Assembly (NCBI GenBank): GCA_963727485.1
Contig: CAVSGM010000001.1
Location: forward strand, 32,001-96,000
From: an uncultured delta proteobacterium
GTDB taxonomy: Bacteria; Myxococcota; Myxococcia; SLRQ01
Direction: 5' to 3'
DNA: 64,000 bases
Below are positions 14,088 to 23,125 of the stretch, piece by piece. Positions within the stretch are counted from its first letter, which is position 1, and the number at the start of each line of letters is the position of its first letter. The notes beneath the pieces were generated by a model. The model was not told the DNA's origin, searched no databases, and saw only the letters and a list, made by a program, of their open reading frames with translations. The position numbers and the translations under genes are program-made.

Positions 14088-15628
14088 CGCGCCACCCGCA
14101 GGACCACGCGGAACCGGACGCCGTCGTCGCTGGGCTCCAGGGTCACGGTGCCCCCGAGCTCCTCGACGGTGCGCCGGACCATGGCGAGGCCCAGCCCGGT
14201 GCCCGTGGCCTTGGTGGTGAAGAAGGGCTCGAAGACCCGGGGGGCGACCTCGGCGGGGATCGGCGGGCCGTCGTTCTCCAGGGTGAGCGCCACCTGGCCG
14301 TCGGCCTGGGACGCCCGGACCTTCACCCGCCCCCCCGGGGGCAGGTGCTGGAAGGCGTTGAGGAGCATCGCCCCCACCGCCTCGGGGAGGAGCTGGGCGT
14401 CGCCGGCGACCCGGGGGAGGGTCTCGGGGACGTCGACGCTCGCCTCGGCGGCGGCGGCGCCGGGGCCCGCGGCGGCCCGGGCGGCGGCGAGGGCGGTGCG
14501 CACCACCGCCCCCAGGTCCATGGCCACGACCTGGGTGGTCACCGGACGGGCGAAGGCCACCAGGTCCAGGGCGAGGCGCCCCAGGCGCGCCACCTCCTCC
14601 CGGAGCATCCCCAGGAGCTGGCTGCCGGCGCCCGCCTCGGGGAGCGTCCCCTCGAGGCGGACGGCGGCGTCGTCGATGATCGCCGCGCTCCGGGAGAGGC
14701 GGCGGGCGAACTCGGTGTTGAGGTCGCCGAGGCCGGCGAGGCGCTCCCGGGCCACCAGCTCCGCCTGGAGGCCCGCGAGGCGGAGGGTGGAGCCGAGCTG
14801 GGCGGCGAAGAGCTCGATGGCCACGAAGTCCCAGTCCGAGAGATCGGCGCCGGCGACCGCGACCACGTGGGCGATGCGCTCACCGGTGTGCACCGGGCAG
14901 TAGGCGGCCCGGAGGATCCCGTGGCGGGTGAGGGCCTCGGCGAGGGCGGCGGTGCCGGGGCGGGCGGCGACGAGGCCCCCGGGGAGATCGTCGACCCGGA
15001 CCCCCCGGCCGGTGGCCAGCGCCCGGTAGACCCCCACCGTGTGCTCGGTGGGGATGCGCTCACCCGGGTGGGGCATCAGCGGGGGCACCTCGAGGTTGCC
15101 CCGGGCGGGGCGGATGAACCGGCGCACCGTGACCGTCTCGCCGTCGACGTCGAGGAAGACCAGGTACCAGCCCAGGGCCTGGAAGATGGGCTCGCTGGTC
15201 TCGAGGAGGGCGTCGACGTCGGCGAAGGTCTCGGCGGTGCCGGTGAGCTGGGCGAGGTAGCCGATGAGGTCCTCGGCCCGGGCGGTGGCGGTGGCGTCCC
15301 GGGCGCAGAGGACCACCTGGCGTCCGGACGCGGCCAGCCGCAGGTCCACCGGCACCTCCCGGTGGTCCGAGAGGCGCGAGAGGCGCAGGCGCAGGGGCCT
15401 CGGCTGGGCCTCCCGGGCCAGCACCCGCTCGAGGATCCGCGAGAGGCGTTCGACCTCCTCCGCGCAGACCACCGCCTTCAGGGGCCGGCCGGGGAGGCTC
15501 TCCACCGGGGCGTCGAGGAGCCGGGCGGCGCCGGCGTTGGCGGCGGTGATCCGCCCGGCCTCGACCACCAGCACCGCCTCCCCGAGGCCATCGAGCCAGG
15601 TGGCCGCCTGGGTATCGACGTCGGTCAT
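14084..15628 (-). CDS. PAS-containing histidine kinase paralog lacking the phosphoacceptor His (pseudokinase)
   Basis: Same architecture as the neighbour. H-box reads FARRLSRSA. ATP-binding boxes MLLNA, ENDGPPIP, FEPFFTTK, GTGLGL are intact. Confidence 0.85.
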   Translation of the reverse strand: MTDVDTQAATWLDGLGEAVLVVEAGRITAANAGAARLLDAPVESLPGRPLKAVVCAEEVERLSRILERVLAREAQPRPLRLRLSRLSDHREVPVDLRLAASGRQVVLCARDATATARAEDLIGYLAQLTGTAETFADVDALLETSEPIFQALGWYLVFLDVDGETVTVRRFIRPARGNLEVPPLMPHPGERIPTEHTVGVYRALATGRGVRVDDLPGGLVAARPGTAALAEALTRHGILRAAYCPVHTGERIAHVVAVAGADLSDWDFVAIELFAAQLGSTLRLAGLQAELVARERLAGLGDLNTEFARRLSRSAAIIDDAAVRLEGTLPEAGAGSQLLGMLREEVARLGRLALDLVAFARPVTTQVVAMDLGAVVRTALAAARAAAGPGAAAAEASVDVPETLPRVAGDAQLLPEAVGAMLLNAFQHLPPGGRVKVRASQADGQVALTLENDGPPIPAEVAPRVFEPFFTTKATGTGLGLAMVRRTVEELGGTVTLEPSDDGVRFRVVLRVAR

Positions 15629-17577
15629 CCGTTTGCCCGGGACGCGGCGCCGCGGCGCACGCGCTTGTCGCCGACCCGGAGGGTCACGTGCTGGCGGTCG
15701 AAGTGCTCGGAGAGGGGGATGGCGTGCTTGCGGGTGGCCCCGGTGAGGTCCTTGAAGGCCTGGGTGGTGATCGCGCCGTGCGCGTCGAGGTAGGCGACGA
15801 GGCGGCGCTCGAGCTCGGCGAGGGCCGGGGTGGCGAAGTAGAGGTCGTCCTTGACCTTGACCACCTCCCCGGCGTCGGCGAGGCGGCCGAGGAGGGCGGC
15901 GGCCCGCCCGGCGTCGAGGCCGAGGTCGGCGGCGAGGTCCTTGACCCGGGGGGGGGTGAGGGCGGCGGTCTGGATCCGGTCGAGGAGGCGCGCGCCCTCG
16001 TCGGCGGCGTCCCCGGCGAGGGCGCCGCCGGCGCCGGCGAGGCGCACCCGGTCGGTGTCGAGCTCGGCGTCGCCGGCATCGACGAGGGCCCCGAGGACCC
16101 GGTGGAAGAGCCTCGGGGGCGGGGGGCCGGGGAGGGCGGCCCGCAGGGCCTCCTTGGAGAGGCCGGCGCTCAGGGGATCGGCGCCGTGGTGGTCGGCGAG
16201 GGCCTGCCGGGCCGCGGTCTCGAGGGCGGCGACGGCGTCGGGGTGGACCAGGCGCCGCGCGTCCGGGTCGGCGAGGAAGAGCCGGCGCCGGGCGAGGTGG
16301 CCCTCGACCAGGCGCGCCAGGACCCGCTTCGGCCGGCCGGTGGCGTAGGGGAGGTCGGCCTCGGGGAGGCCGGCGGTGCCCGCGAGGCGGACCAGGGCCT
16401 CCACCCGGGCGCCGTCGTCGTCCCCGGCGAGGCGGGCGAGGCCGTCGAGGGCCCCGGGGCGGCTCGGGCGCCGGCGCTTCTCGGCGAGGGCGAGGACGCG
16501 GCCCCCGGCGAGGGTCCGGCCCCGGCCGGCGAGGGTGCGGGGGCCCCGGAGGATGAAGCGCTGCCCCGGGAGCACCGCGACCTCCCGGTCGAGGTGGAGC
16601 TGGGCGAGGCCCCGGCCGCCGGGGGCGAGCTGCCGGTCCTCGAGGAGGATCAGGGTGGCCTCGGCGTGGCCGGTGCCCAGGTGGAGCTCCAGGGCCCGGC
16701 GCTGGCGCAGGGGACGATCGAGGGCGGGCAGCGCCTCGAGGGACACGTCGAGGAGGCGGCCGGTGGCCCGGGCCCCGGGGGCCACCAGGACCTGGCCCCG
16801 GCTCACCCGGTCCTTCTCGATGCCCGAAAGGTTGGCGGCGGTGCGCTGGCCGGCCCGGGCGGCCTCGGCGGCCTCGCCGTGGACCTGCACCCCCCGGACC
16901 CGGAGGCGCGGGCCGCCGGGGACCAGCTCGACCTCGTCCTCCGGGGCCACCGCCCCGGAGAGCAGGGTGCCGGTGACCACGGTGCCGAAGCCCTTGAGGG
17001 TGAAGGCCCGGTCCACCGGCAGGAAGAGCGGGCCGTCGGCGGGGCGCTCGTCGGTCTCGCCCACCGCCGCCACCAGGGCGGCGCGGAGGGCCTCGAGGCC
17101 GTCCCCGGTGCGGGCGCTGACCTGCACCACCTCGGCGCCCTCGAGGAAGGTCCCCTTCACGGTGTCGGCGACGTCGCCGCGGACCAGGTCCGCCCAGCCG
17201 GGCTCCAGGCCCTCGAGGAGGTCGGCCTTGGTGAGGGCGACGATCCCCCGGCGGAGGCCCAGGAGACGGCAGATGTCCAGGTGCTCCCGGGTCTGGGGCA
17301 TCACCCCCTCGTCGGCGGCGACCACCAGGACCACCAGGTCCACGCCCCCGGCGCCGGCCACCATGGTGCGCACGAAGCGCTCGTGCCCCGGGACATCGAC
17401 CACCCCGGCCACCAGGCCGCCCCCCAGGTCCAGGTGGGCGAAGCCCAGGTCGATGGTGATCCCCCGGCGCCGCTCCTCCTCGAGGCGGTCGGGGTCGGTG
17501 CCGGTCAGGGCGCGGACCAGGGCCGACTTCCCATGGTCGATGTGTCCGGCGGTCCCGATGACGATGCGACGGCTCAC
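15625..17577 (-). CDS. selB: Selenocysteine-specific elongation factor SelB
   Basis: IGTAGHIDHGKS, RGITIDLGFA, DVPGHERFVRTMVAG, QTREHL, C-terminal winged helix TRKHAIPLSEHFD...RVGDKR; about 650 aa from GTG 17577. Confidence 0.96.
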   Translation of the reverse strand: MSRRIVIGTAGHIDHGKSALVRALTGTDPDRLEEERRRGITIDLGFAHLDLGGGLVAGVVDVPGHERFVRTMVAGAGGVDLVVLVVAADEGVMPQTREHLDICRLLGLRRGIVALTKADLLEGLEPGWADLVRGDVADTVKGTFLEGAEVVQVSARTGDGLEALRAALVAAVGETDERPADGPLFLPVDRAFTLKGFGTVVTGTLLSGAVAPEDEVELVPGGPRLRVRGVQVHGEAAEAARAGQRTAANLSGIEKDRVSRGQVLVAPGARATGRLLDVSLEALPALDRPLRQRRALELHLGTGHAEATLILLEDRQLAPGGRGLAQLHLDREVAVLPGQRFILRGPRTLAGRGRTLAGGRVLALAEKRRRPSRPGALDGLARLAGDDDGARVEALVRLAGTAGLPEADLPYATGRPKRVLARLVEGHLARRRLFLADPDARRLVHPDAVAALETAARQALADHHGADPLSAGLSKEALRAALPGPPPPRLFHRVLGALVDAGDAELDTDRVRLAGAGGALAGDAADEGARLLDRIQTAALTPPRVKDLAADLGLDAGRAAALLGRLADAGEVVKVKDDLYFATPALAELERRLVAYLDAHGAITTQAFKDLTGATRKHAIPLSEHFDRQHVTLRVGDKRVRRGAASRANG

Positions 17578-17772
17578 GTCGGCCTCTGCTCCCCTGACCG
17601 GGCGGCGGCGGGCGGAATGTTGCCTCGCGTCGGCCGGATCCCGTATCGTCCGAGGTGTTAGAGTAAATCCAAGCGGATTGCGTGGCCAGCGCCGGTCCCA
17701 GGGCCCTGGCTTCGAGGGGCATGGCACCGACCGTCGCGGATGGCCGGTGACCGCAGGGGATCCAGCCGGTCC

Positions 17773-19497
17773 ATGAACGGCCTCTGTCAGCAGTGCCAGG
17801 TCTACTACCCGATGCCCGAGGACTTCGCTCGCGGCGTCCCCTACGCGTGCCCTCAGTGCCAGACCCTCCTGGTGCCCTATGCGGAGGCCGCGTCGCCGGT
17901 GGCGGTCCAGCCCTCCGGGCCCCCCGCCGGGACCCCGCCCCCCGACGCCGGGGGCTACGAGATCTCCGCGCCGATGGACGCCGACGCCCCTGACGACATC
18001 ACCCTGGTGGGCCGGGCTCCCGACGGCTTTCGCCAGGGCCCGGTGGCGCCTCCGCCGGAGGATCCCGGGGCCCGGGTGCGGGTCGTCTGGTTCCATCCCC
18101 ACCCGTCGCCGGAGGTCGCCGCCGCCCGGGCCGAGCTCGCCGCCGAGGAGCCCAAGACCCCGGCCGGGCCGGTCTCGCCCCTGCCCCCCGTCGGCGCCGG
18201 CGTGCCCGATGACCCCTGGCTCTCCGGGGAGGCGACCCCGCCCTCGCCGGGTCCGACCCCCGCCGCGCCCGAGGCCGGGAAGCCGACCACCTTCGTGCTC
18301 CGCGGCGCCGGCGAAGGCGTCGCCCGGGAGGAGCTCCCCCTCGACCTGCCCAAGCGATCGGCGGCGCCCCCGGCGGCCGCCGAGCCCTCGCCGCGGCGGA
18401 CCCAGGAGCCGGTGCCCAGGTTCCGTCAGATCACCACCGCCGCCACCCCGGTGCGCCGGCGCGGGGCCGCGGCGATCTGGGCGGTGCTGGGTTTCCTGCT
18501 CCTCGGCGGGGCCGGCGCCGCCTGGTACTTCACCGGCCCCGGCGCCGAGACCTGGCAGCGCCTCGCCGGGAGCGGGGCCCACCCGGCCGCCGCCCGCGAG
18601 CGCCCGGCGTCGGACCCCGCCGCGGCGGACGACGCCCCCGGCGCCGCCACCTCCGGCACCGCCGCGCCCGAGGGGACCCCGGCCACCGGGGGGGCCGCGC
18701 CGGCCGGGGGCGCGCCCGGCCACCCGGCCGCCGCCCAGCCCGCCCACGGCAAGCCGGCGCCGACGGAGCCCGCCGCCCGGACGGCTCCGGCGCCCAAGGG
18801 CGGGGCCACACCCGCCAAGGCCAAGGCCACGGTGAGGCACGCGACCAAGGCCGCCGCCAGGCCCAAGGCCGCCGCCCGGCCCAAGGCCGCCGCCCGGCCC
18901 AAGGCCGCCGCCAGGCCCAAGGCCGCCGCCAGGCCCAAGGCCGCCGCCAGGCCCAAGGCCGCCGCCAGGCCCAAGGCCGCCGCCAGGCCCGAGGCCGCCG
19001 CCAGGCCCAAGGCCGCCGCCAGGCCCAAGGCCGCCGCCAGGCCCAAGGCCGCCGCCAGGCCCAAGGCCGCCGCCAGGCCCAAGGCCGCCGCCAGGCCCAA
19101 GGCCGCCGCCAGGCCCAAGGCCGCCGCCAGGCCCGAGGCCGCCGCCAGGCCCAAGGCCGCCGCCAGGCCCAAGGCCGCCGCCAGGCCCAAGCCGAAGGCT
19201 GCCGCGGACCCGGCGCCCGGCGGCGACGCGCTCTCCGAGGTCCGCACCGGCAACCTCCTCTTCGGCCAGGGCAGGATTGACGCGGCCATCTCCGCCTACC
19301 GGGCGGCGCTGAAGCTCGACCCCAACAGCGGCCTGGCGCACCGGGGCCTCGGGGTCGCCTACGCCAAGCTCGGCCGAGCGGCCGCCGCGGCCAAGGAGTA
19401 CCAGCGGTATCTCGACCTGGATCCGAACGCCCCCGACGCGCCCCAGGTGCGGCGCATCGTCAAGGCGTACTACGACCAGACCGGGAAGACGCCCTAG
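17773..19497 (+). CDS. Zinc-ribbon / Pro-rich / single TM / KAAARP-repeat / TPR protein
   Basis: CQQC...CPQC N-terminus, TM AIWAVLGFLLLGGAGAAWYF, 19 hexapeptide repeats, C-terminal TPR (AYRAALKLDP...AHRGLGVAY...YLDLDPNAPDA). Confidence 0.8.
   Translation: MNGLCQQCQVYYPMPEDFARGVPYACPQCQTLLVPYAEAASPVAVQPSGPPAGTPPPDAGGYEISAPMDADAPDDITLVGRAPDGFRQGPVAPPPEDPGARVRVVWFHPHPSPEVAAARAELAAEEPKTPAGPVSPLPPVGAGVPDDPWLSGEATPPSPGPTPAAPEAGKPTTFVLRGAGEGVAREELPLDLPKRSAAPPAAAEPSPRRTQEPVPRFRQITTAATPVRRRGAAAIWAVLGFLLLGGAGAAWYFTGPGAETWQRLAGSGAHPAAARERPASDPAAADDAPGAATSGTAAPEGTPATGGAAPAGGAPGHPAAAQPAHGKPAPTEPAARTAPAPKGGATPAKAKATVRHATKAAARPKAAARPKAAARPKAAARPKAAARPKAAARPKAAARPKAAARPEAAARPKAAARPKAAARPKAAARPKAAARPKAAARPKAAARPKAAARPEAAARPKAAARPKAAARPKPKAAADPAPGGDALSEVRTGNLLFGQGRIDAAISAYRAALKLDPNSGLAHRGLGVAYAKLGRAAAAAKEYQRYLDLDPNAPDAPQVRRIVKAYYDQTGKTP
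18847..19188 (+). repeat. 18-bp tandem repeat x19 (AAGGCCGCCGCCAGGCCC, encoding KAAARP)
   Basis: Counted directly. Units 9 and 17 start with GAG; units 2-3 have CGG for Arg. Confidence 0.97.
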
Positions 19498-19652
19498 GCG
19501 CGTGTGCCGCACCCGCTCCGGGTGGGACCCGGTGGTCTCTCGAGCCCCTTCACGCTCGGGGTGAGGTGCGCGCGGTCGGGCGGCTCGTTCGTCACCGGCG
19601 GCGCCACGATCACCTTCGCTTCCCCAGCCCCCCTCATCCTCGGCACCCCTCG

Positions 19653-19725
19653 GAACGCGTCACGTTGGGATACGCTGGGAGACGTTGGGGCGGATTGCCC
19701 CAATGGGATACGTTGTGACGCGTTC
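19653..19725. other. Structured intergenic element: 11-bp inverted repeat enclosing 10-bp direct repeats and an inner hairpin
   Basis: GAACGCGTCAC (19653-63) / GTGACGCGTTC (19715-25); ACGTTGGGAT-ACGCTGGGAG-ACGTTGGGGC; inner TTGGGGC-ggatt-GCCCCAA. Confidence 0.6.
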
Positions 19726-19767
19726 GACGGGTCGACCGCCCCCCGCCGCCCGGGTACGCCCCGCCGC

Positions 19768-21123
19768 CTAGAGCGAGAGCTCGTAGCCCACGGCCACCCC
19801 GAGCTCCCCGAGAGGGCCGGAGAGCACGGCGGTGCGGTCGAACCCCGAGCCCGGTGCCACGGTGCCGAAGCCGCCGGCGCCGCGGAGCGAAAGGGACAGG
19901 GCCCCGGGGCCGGCGTCGAAGAGCACGCCCAGGGAGGCCTCGCCCCCGGGCGCCAGGCCCGAGCCGCTCCGGCCGGCCAGGGTCGCCGAGGCGTAGACGA
20001 CCCCGGCGCCGACGGTGGCCTCGAGGGACAGGGGGCCGTCGCCGAGGCGCTGGGTGTAGGCGGCCACCGCCAGGATGGGCAGGGCCTGCACCGCGCCCCG
20101 GGCGCTCAAGGCCGCGCCGCCGGCGCTGACATAGTCCACCCGGAGGGCGTAGGGCACCACGTCGACCGAGAGCCCGAAGGCGACCCGGCCGTCGAGGAGC
20201 CCCGGGCGCAGGCGGACCCCCACGCCGCCGCCGAGGGTGCCGCCGCCGATCCCGTGGGTGGCGACGAGGCCCCGGAGGGCGACCACGATGTTGCCGGTGG
20301 GATGGGCGCGGGGCGGCGCCTCGGGGAGGGCCACCGGGGGCGCGGTGGGCCCCTGGTCGGCCTGGGCGGTCACGTGGGTGACCTGGACGTCGTGGCCCGA
20401 GTTGAGGGCGAGGGCCCCGCCGTGGCCGGTGCCGCCCGACGACGCGGCCTTGCCGGCGCCGGCGCCGTGCTGGGTCGCGTGGCTCCCGTCGGGGTGCTTC
20501 TTGGGCGGGGTGAGGCCCACCAGGGGCACCGCGTCGGGGTTGGGGACGCTCCGGTGGGACACCAGGCCCACCAAGGGGATGCCCCCGCCCGAGGCGCCGT
20601 TGTCGGCGTGCTCGGCGCGGTGCGCCGGCTTCTTGGCGTGGAGGGGCACCAGGGGCACCAGGGCCAGGGGCGAGGCCGCCGGCGCGAGGCGCGGCGCCAC
20701 CGCCAGCTCCCGGTGCCGGGGACCGACCTCGAGGCGGTAGCGGTGGGTGCCGTCGGGGACGTCGAGCTCGAGGGTCCGGGGGGTCGACGGCCGGCCGCGC
20801 ATGGGCGCCCGGTACCAGCGGCCGCCCACGGGCTGGCGCACGTAGAAGGTCTGGAGGCGGTTGCCGTCCTGGGAGACGATGACCCGGGTCACGGTGCGGC
20901 CCGGCCGCATCCCCGGGTGGAAGGCCTGGCGGACCTCGAGCTGCACCTTCGCCGGCCCGGTGACCTCGAAGGTCAGGGGCACCCCGGCGCGGACCAGGGC
21001 GTAGTGGGCGTGGTCGCCGCGGACCCGGAGGTGGCGCTCGTGGTGGCTGGTGATGTGGACACCGCCGGCGAAGGCCAGCGACGGCACCAGGGCCGCGGCG
21101 GCGATGGTCATGAGCCTGCGCAT
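19768..21123 (-). CDS. Exported protein, probable C-terminal outer-membrane beta-barrel
   Basis: Signal peptide MRRLMTIAAAALVPSLAFA; alternating Gly/hydrophobic strands ending LGVAVGYELSL. Confidence 0.6.
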   Translation of the reverse strand: MRRLMTIAAAALVPSLAFAGGVHITSHHERHLRVRGDHAHYALVRAGVPLTFEVTGPAKVQLEVRQAFHPGMRPGRTVTRVIVSQDGNRLQTFYVRQPVGGRWYRAPMRGRPSTPRTLELDVPDGTHRYRLEVGPRHRELAVAPRLAPAASPLALVPLVPLHAKKPAHRAEHADNGASGGGIPLVGLVSHRSVPNPDAVPLVGLTPPKKHPDGSHATQHGAGAGKAASSGGTGHGGALALNSGHDVQVTHVTAQADQGPTAPPVALPEAPPRAHPTGNIVVALRGLVATHGIGGGTLGGGVGVRLRPGLLDGRVAFGLSVDVVPYALRVDYVSAGGAALSARGAVQALPILAVAAYTQRLGDGPLSLEATVGAGVVYASATLAGRSGSGLAPGGEASLGVLFDAGPGALSLSLRGAGGFGTVAPGSGFDRTAVLSGPLGELGVAVGYELSL

Positions 21124-21245
21124 CTGCACCCCTCTTGGCCGGAAGCTCCCGGTGGGGAGACGGCCCGTCCCGCCATCGTAGAGAGGCCCTGGAAGCCCTG
21201 TCAAACCGGTCGGGTGGCCGGGGCCCGGGCCGGGCGCGGCCGCCG

Positions 21246-22181
21246 TCAGCGCCGGGCGTCGACCGAGAGGATGGTGTCCCGGAGGCTGTGGGCGGGCGCG
21301 TAGCCCCACTCCTTGCGGAACCGGCTTCCGTCGGTGACGCAGAGGTAGCGGATGTGGTCCAGCTCCGGGGGCGGGAACCCGGTGAGGTGCAGGTCCCAGA
21401 GCCGCTCGAGCATGGGCCGGGCGAGGAAGTGGGGGATGGGCACCGGCCGGCGCCCCAGGACCTCGAGGACCCGGGAGAGCGGCGCCTCGCCGGGGCCGGT
21501 GACGTTGTAGACCCCGCGGACCCCGGGCTCGAGGGCCGCCTGGATCGCTCGGGCCACGTCGTCCTGGTGGATGAGCTGCACGATGGGATCGAAGCCGGCC
21601 ATGGTCCAGGGCCGCGGCTTGCGCAGGTAGTTCGAGGGGGCGTTCTTCACCGAGGGGCCGACGATGTGCACCGGCCGGAGGATCACCGTCTCCAGATCCG
21701 GGTGCCGCCAGAAGAAGCTCTGGGCGTACATGTCGACCTCGACCAGGTCCCGGATGTCGCCGTAGCGCACCGCGGCCCGCAGCGGCGCGTCCTCGGTGAG
21801 GAAGTTGGAGTTCTGGGGGTCGGGGCCGTAGACGTTCGCCGAGGAGAGGGCCACCACCTTCTTGACCCCGTACTTCACGCAGTACTCGAGGATGTGCTGG
21901 GTGCCGACCACGTTGAAGCTGTGGTGCTCCTCGGGCGAGAGCCGCGGGTCGTGGACGATGCCCATGTGCACCAGCGCCTTGATGTTGTGGCGCCGGAAGA
22001 TGTCGCCGGCCTTCTTGCGGCGGATGTCGAGGTCGTAGAGGGCGATGTCCTTGGGCCGGCCGGGGAAGGGACGGCGGTCGATGCCGATCACCTTCTCCTC
22101 GCGGTGGAGGAGCCGGGCGATGGTGCGCCCGAGGTTCCCGCTGATGCCGGTGATGACGACTGCTGGCCGATCGTCTGCCAT
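21246..22181 (-). CDS. NAD-dependent epimerase/dehydratase (extended SDR)
   Basis: VVITGISGNLG, NVVGT, LSSANVYG, ILRPVHIVGP, IHQDDVARA, GVYNV. Confidence 0.88.
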   Translation of the reverse strand: MADDRPAVVITGISGNLGRTIARLLHREEKVIGIDRRPFPGRPKDIALYDLDIRRKKAGDIFRRHNIKALVHMGIVHDPRLSPEEHHSFNVVGTQHILEYCVKYGVKKVVALSSANVYGPDPQNSNFLTEDAPLRAAVRYGDIRDLVEVDMYAQSFFWRHPDLETVILRPVHIVGPSVKNAPSNYLRKPRPWTMAGFDPIVQLIHQDDVARAIQAALEPGVRGVYNVTGPGEAPLSRVLEVLGRRPVPIPHFLARPMLERLWDLHLTGFPPPELDHIRYLCVTDGSRFRKEWGYAPAHSLRDTILSVDARR

Positions 22182-22189
22182 CGCTCCCC

Positions 22190-23113
22190 CTAGAAGAACC
22201 ATCCCCGGCGCGACGCCAGGCCCGCCTGGATCATCTGCCGGATGCGGTTCTCGACCACCTTGACCTTCTTGCCCACCTCGGCGTCCTCGTCGTCGGGGTT
22301 GCCGGTGAAGTGCATCGGCTCGCCGAAGTAGATCCGGTACTTGGTCGGCAGCGGCACCCACCCGAGGATCGGCACCAGCAGCTGCGGGATCACCGGGAAG
22401 GCGGGCATGCCGAAAAGCTTGCCCAGCGAGGTGAGGTTCGCCAGGGAGATCACCTGCTCCTCGGCGCCGACGATGGCCACCGGGACGATGGGCGTGTCGT
22501 TCTCCAGGGCGAGGCGCATGAACCCCAGGCCGAACTTCTCCAGCTGGTAGCGCTGGCTGAACGGCTTGCTGATCCCCCGGGCGCCCTCGGGGAAGACCAT
22601 GATGCACTCGCCCTGCTCCAGGAGGCGCTGGCAGTTCTCCGGGGTGCCCACCACCTGTCCCAGGCGGCTGAAGAGCACCGAGATGTAGGGGAGCGAGGGC
22701 ACCCACTTCTCGAACATCGCCCGCACCACCCGGGGGGGGCTCCCCTCGAGGAACACCGAGAGGCCGAGCATCGCCGCGTCGAGGGGGATCTGGCCCGAGT
22801 GGTTGGAGATGAGGAAGAACCGGCCCTCGGGGAGGTGCTCGATGCCGTGGACCTCGACCCGGAAGTAGTTGCGGTAGAGCCAGACGATGGGGGCGATGGC
22901 CGCCTTCACCACCTCGGGATCGAGGCCGTAGGGATCGAGGCCGAACTCGCCGAGCTGGTCCCAGGGGACCGCCTGGAGCCGCCGCTCGAAGTCCTCGCCG
23001 CCCTGGGCGTAGGTCCAGTCGACGAGGCGGTCGCGGATCCGGTCGCCGAGCCCCGAGAGGAGGCCCGGCCGGGGCGGGTGCCGGCGGGCGAGGGCGCGGG
23101 TCCGGGCAGGCAT
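22190..23113 (-). CDS. Lysophospholipid (PlsC-like) acyltransferase
   Basis: SNHSGQIPLD (HX5D-type), VFPEGARG, PIVPVAIVG. Confidence 0.9.
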   Translation of the reverse strand: MPARTRALARRHPPRPGLLSGLGDRIRDRLVDWTYAQGGEDFERRLQAVPWDQLGEFGLDPYGLDPEVVKAAIAPIVWLYRNYFRVEVHGIEHLPEGRFFLISNHSGQIPLDAAMLGLSVFLEGSPPRVVRAMFEKWVPSLPYISVLFSRLGQVVGTPENCQRLLEQGECIMVFPEGARGISKPFSQRYQLEKFGLGFMRLALENDTPIVPVAIVGAEEQVISLANLTSLGKLFGMPAFPVIPQLLVPILGWVPLPTKYRIYFGEPMHFTGNPDDEDAEVGKKVKVVENRIRQMIQAGLASRRGWFF

Positions 23114-23125
23114 GACCTGACCTTC

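Noticed and set aside
17680..17740. Sigma54 promoter-like TGGCAC/TGGCCA in the selB divergent region
   Set aside because: GG-to-GC spacing is 11 rather than the required 10 nt on both strands.
19494..19771. IS/MITE bounded by CTAG duplications
   Set aside because: Both CTAGs are simply stop codons of the flanking genes; no convincing terminal inverted repeats or transposase.
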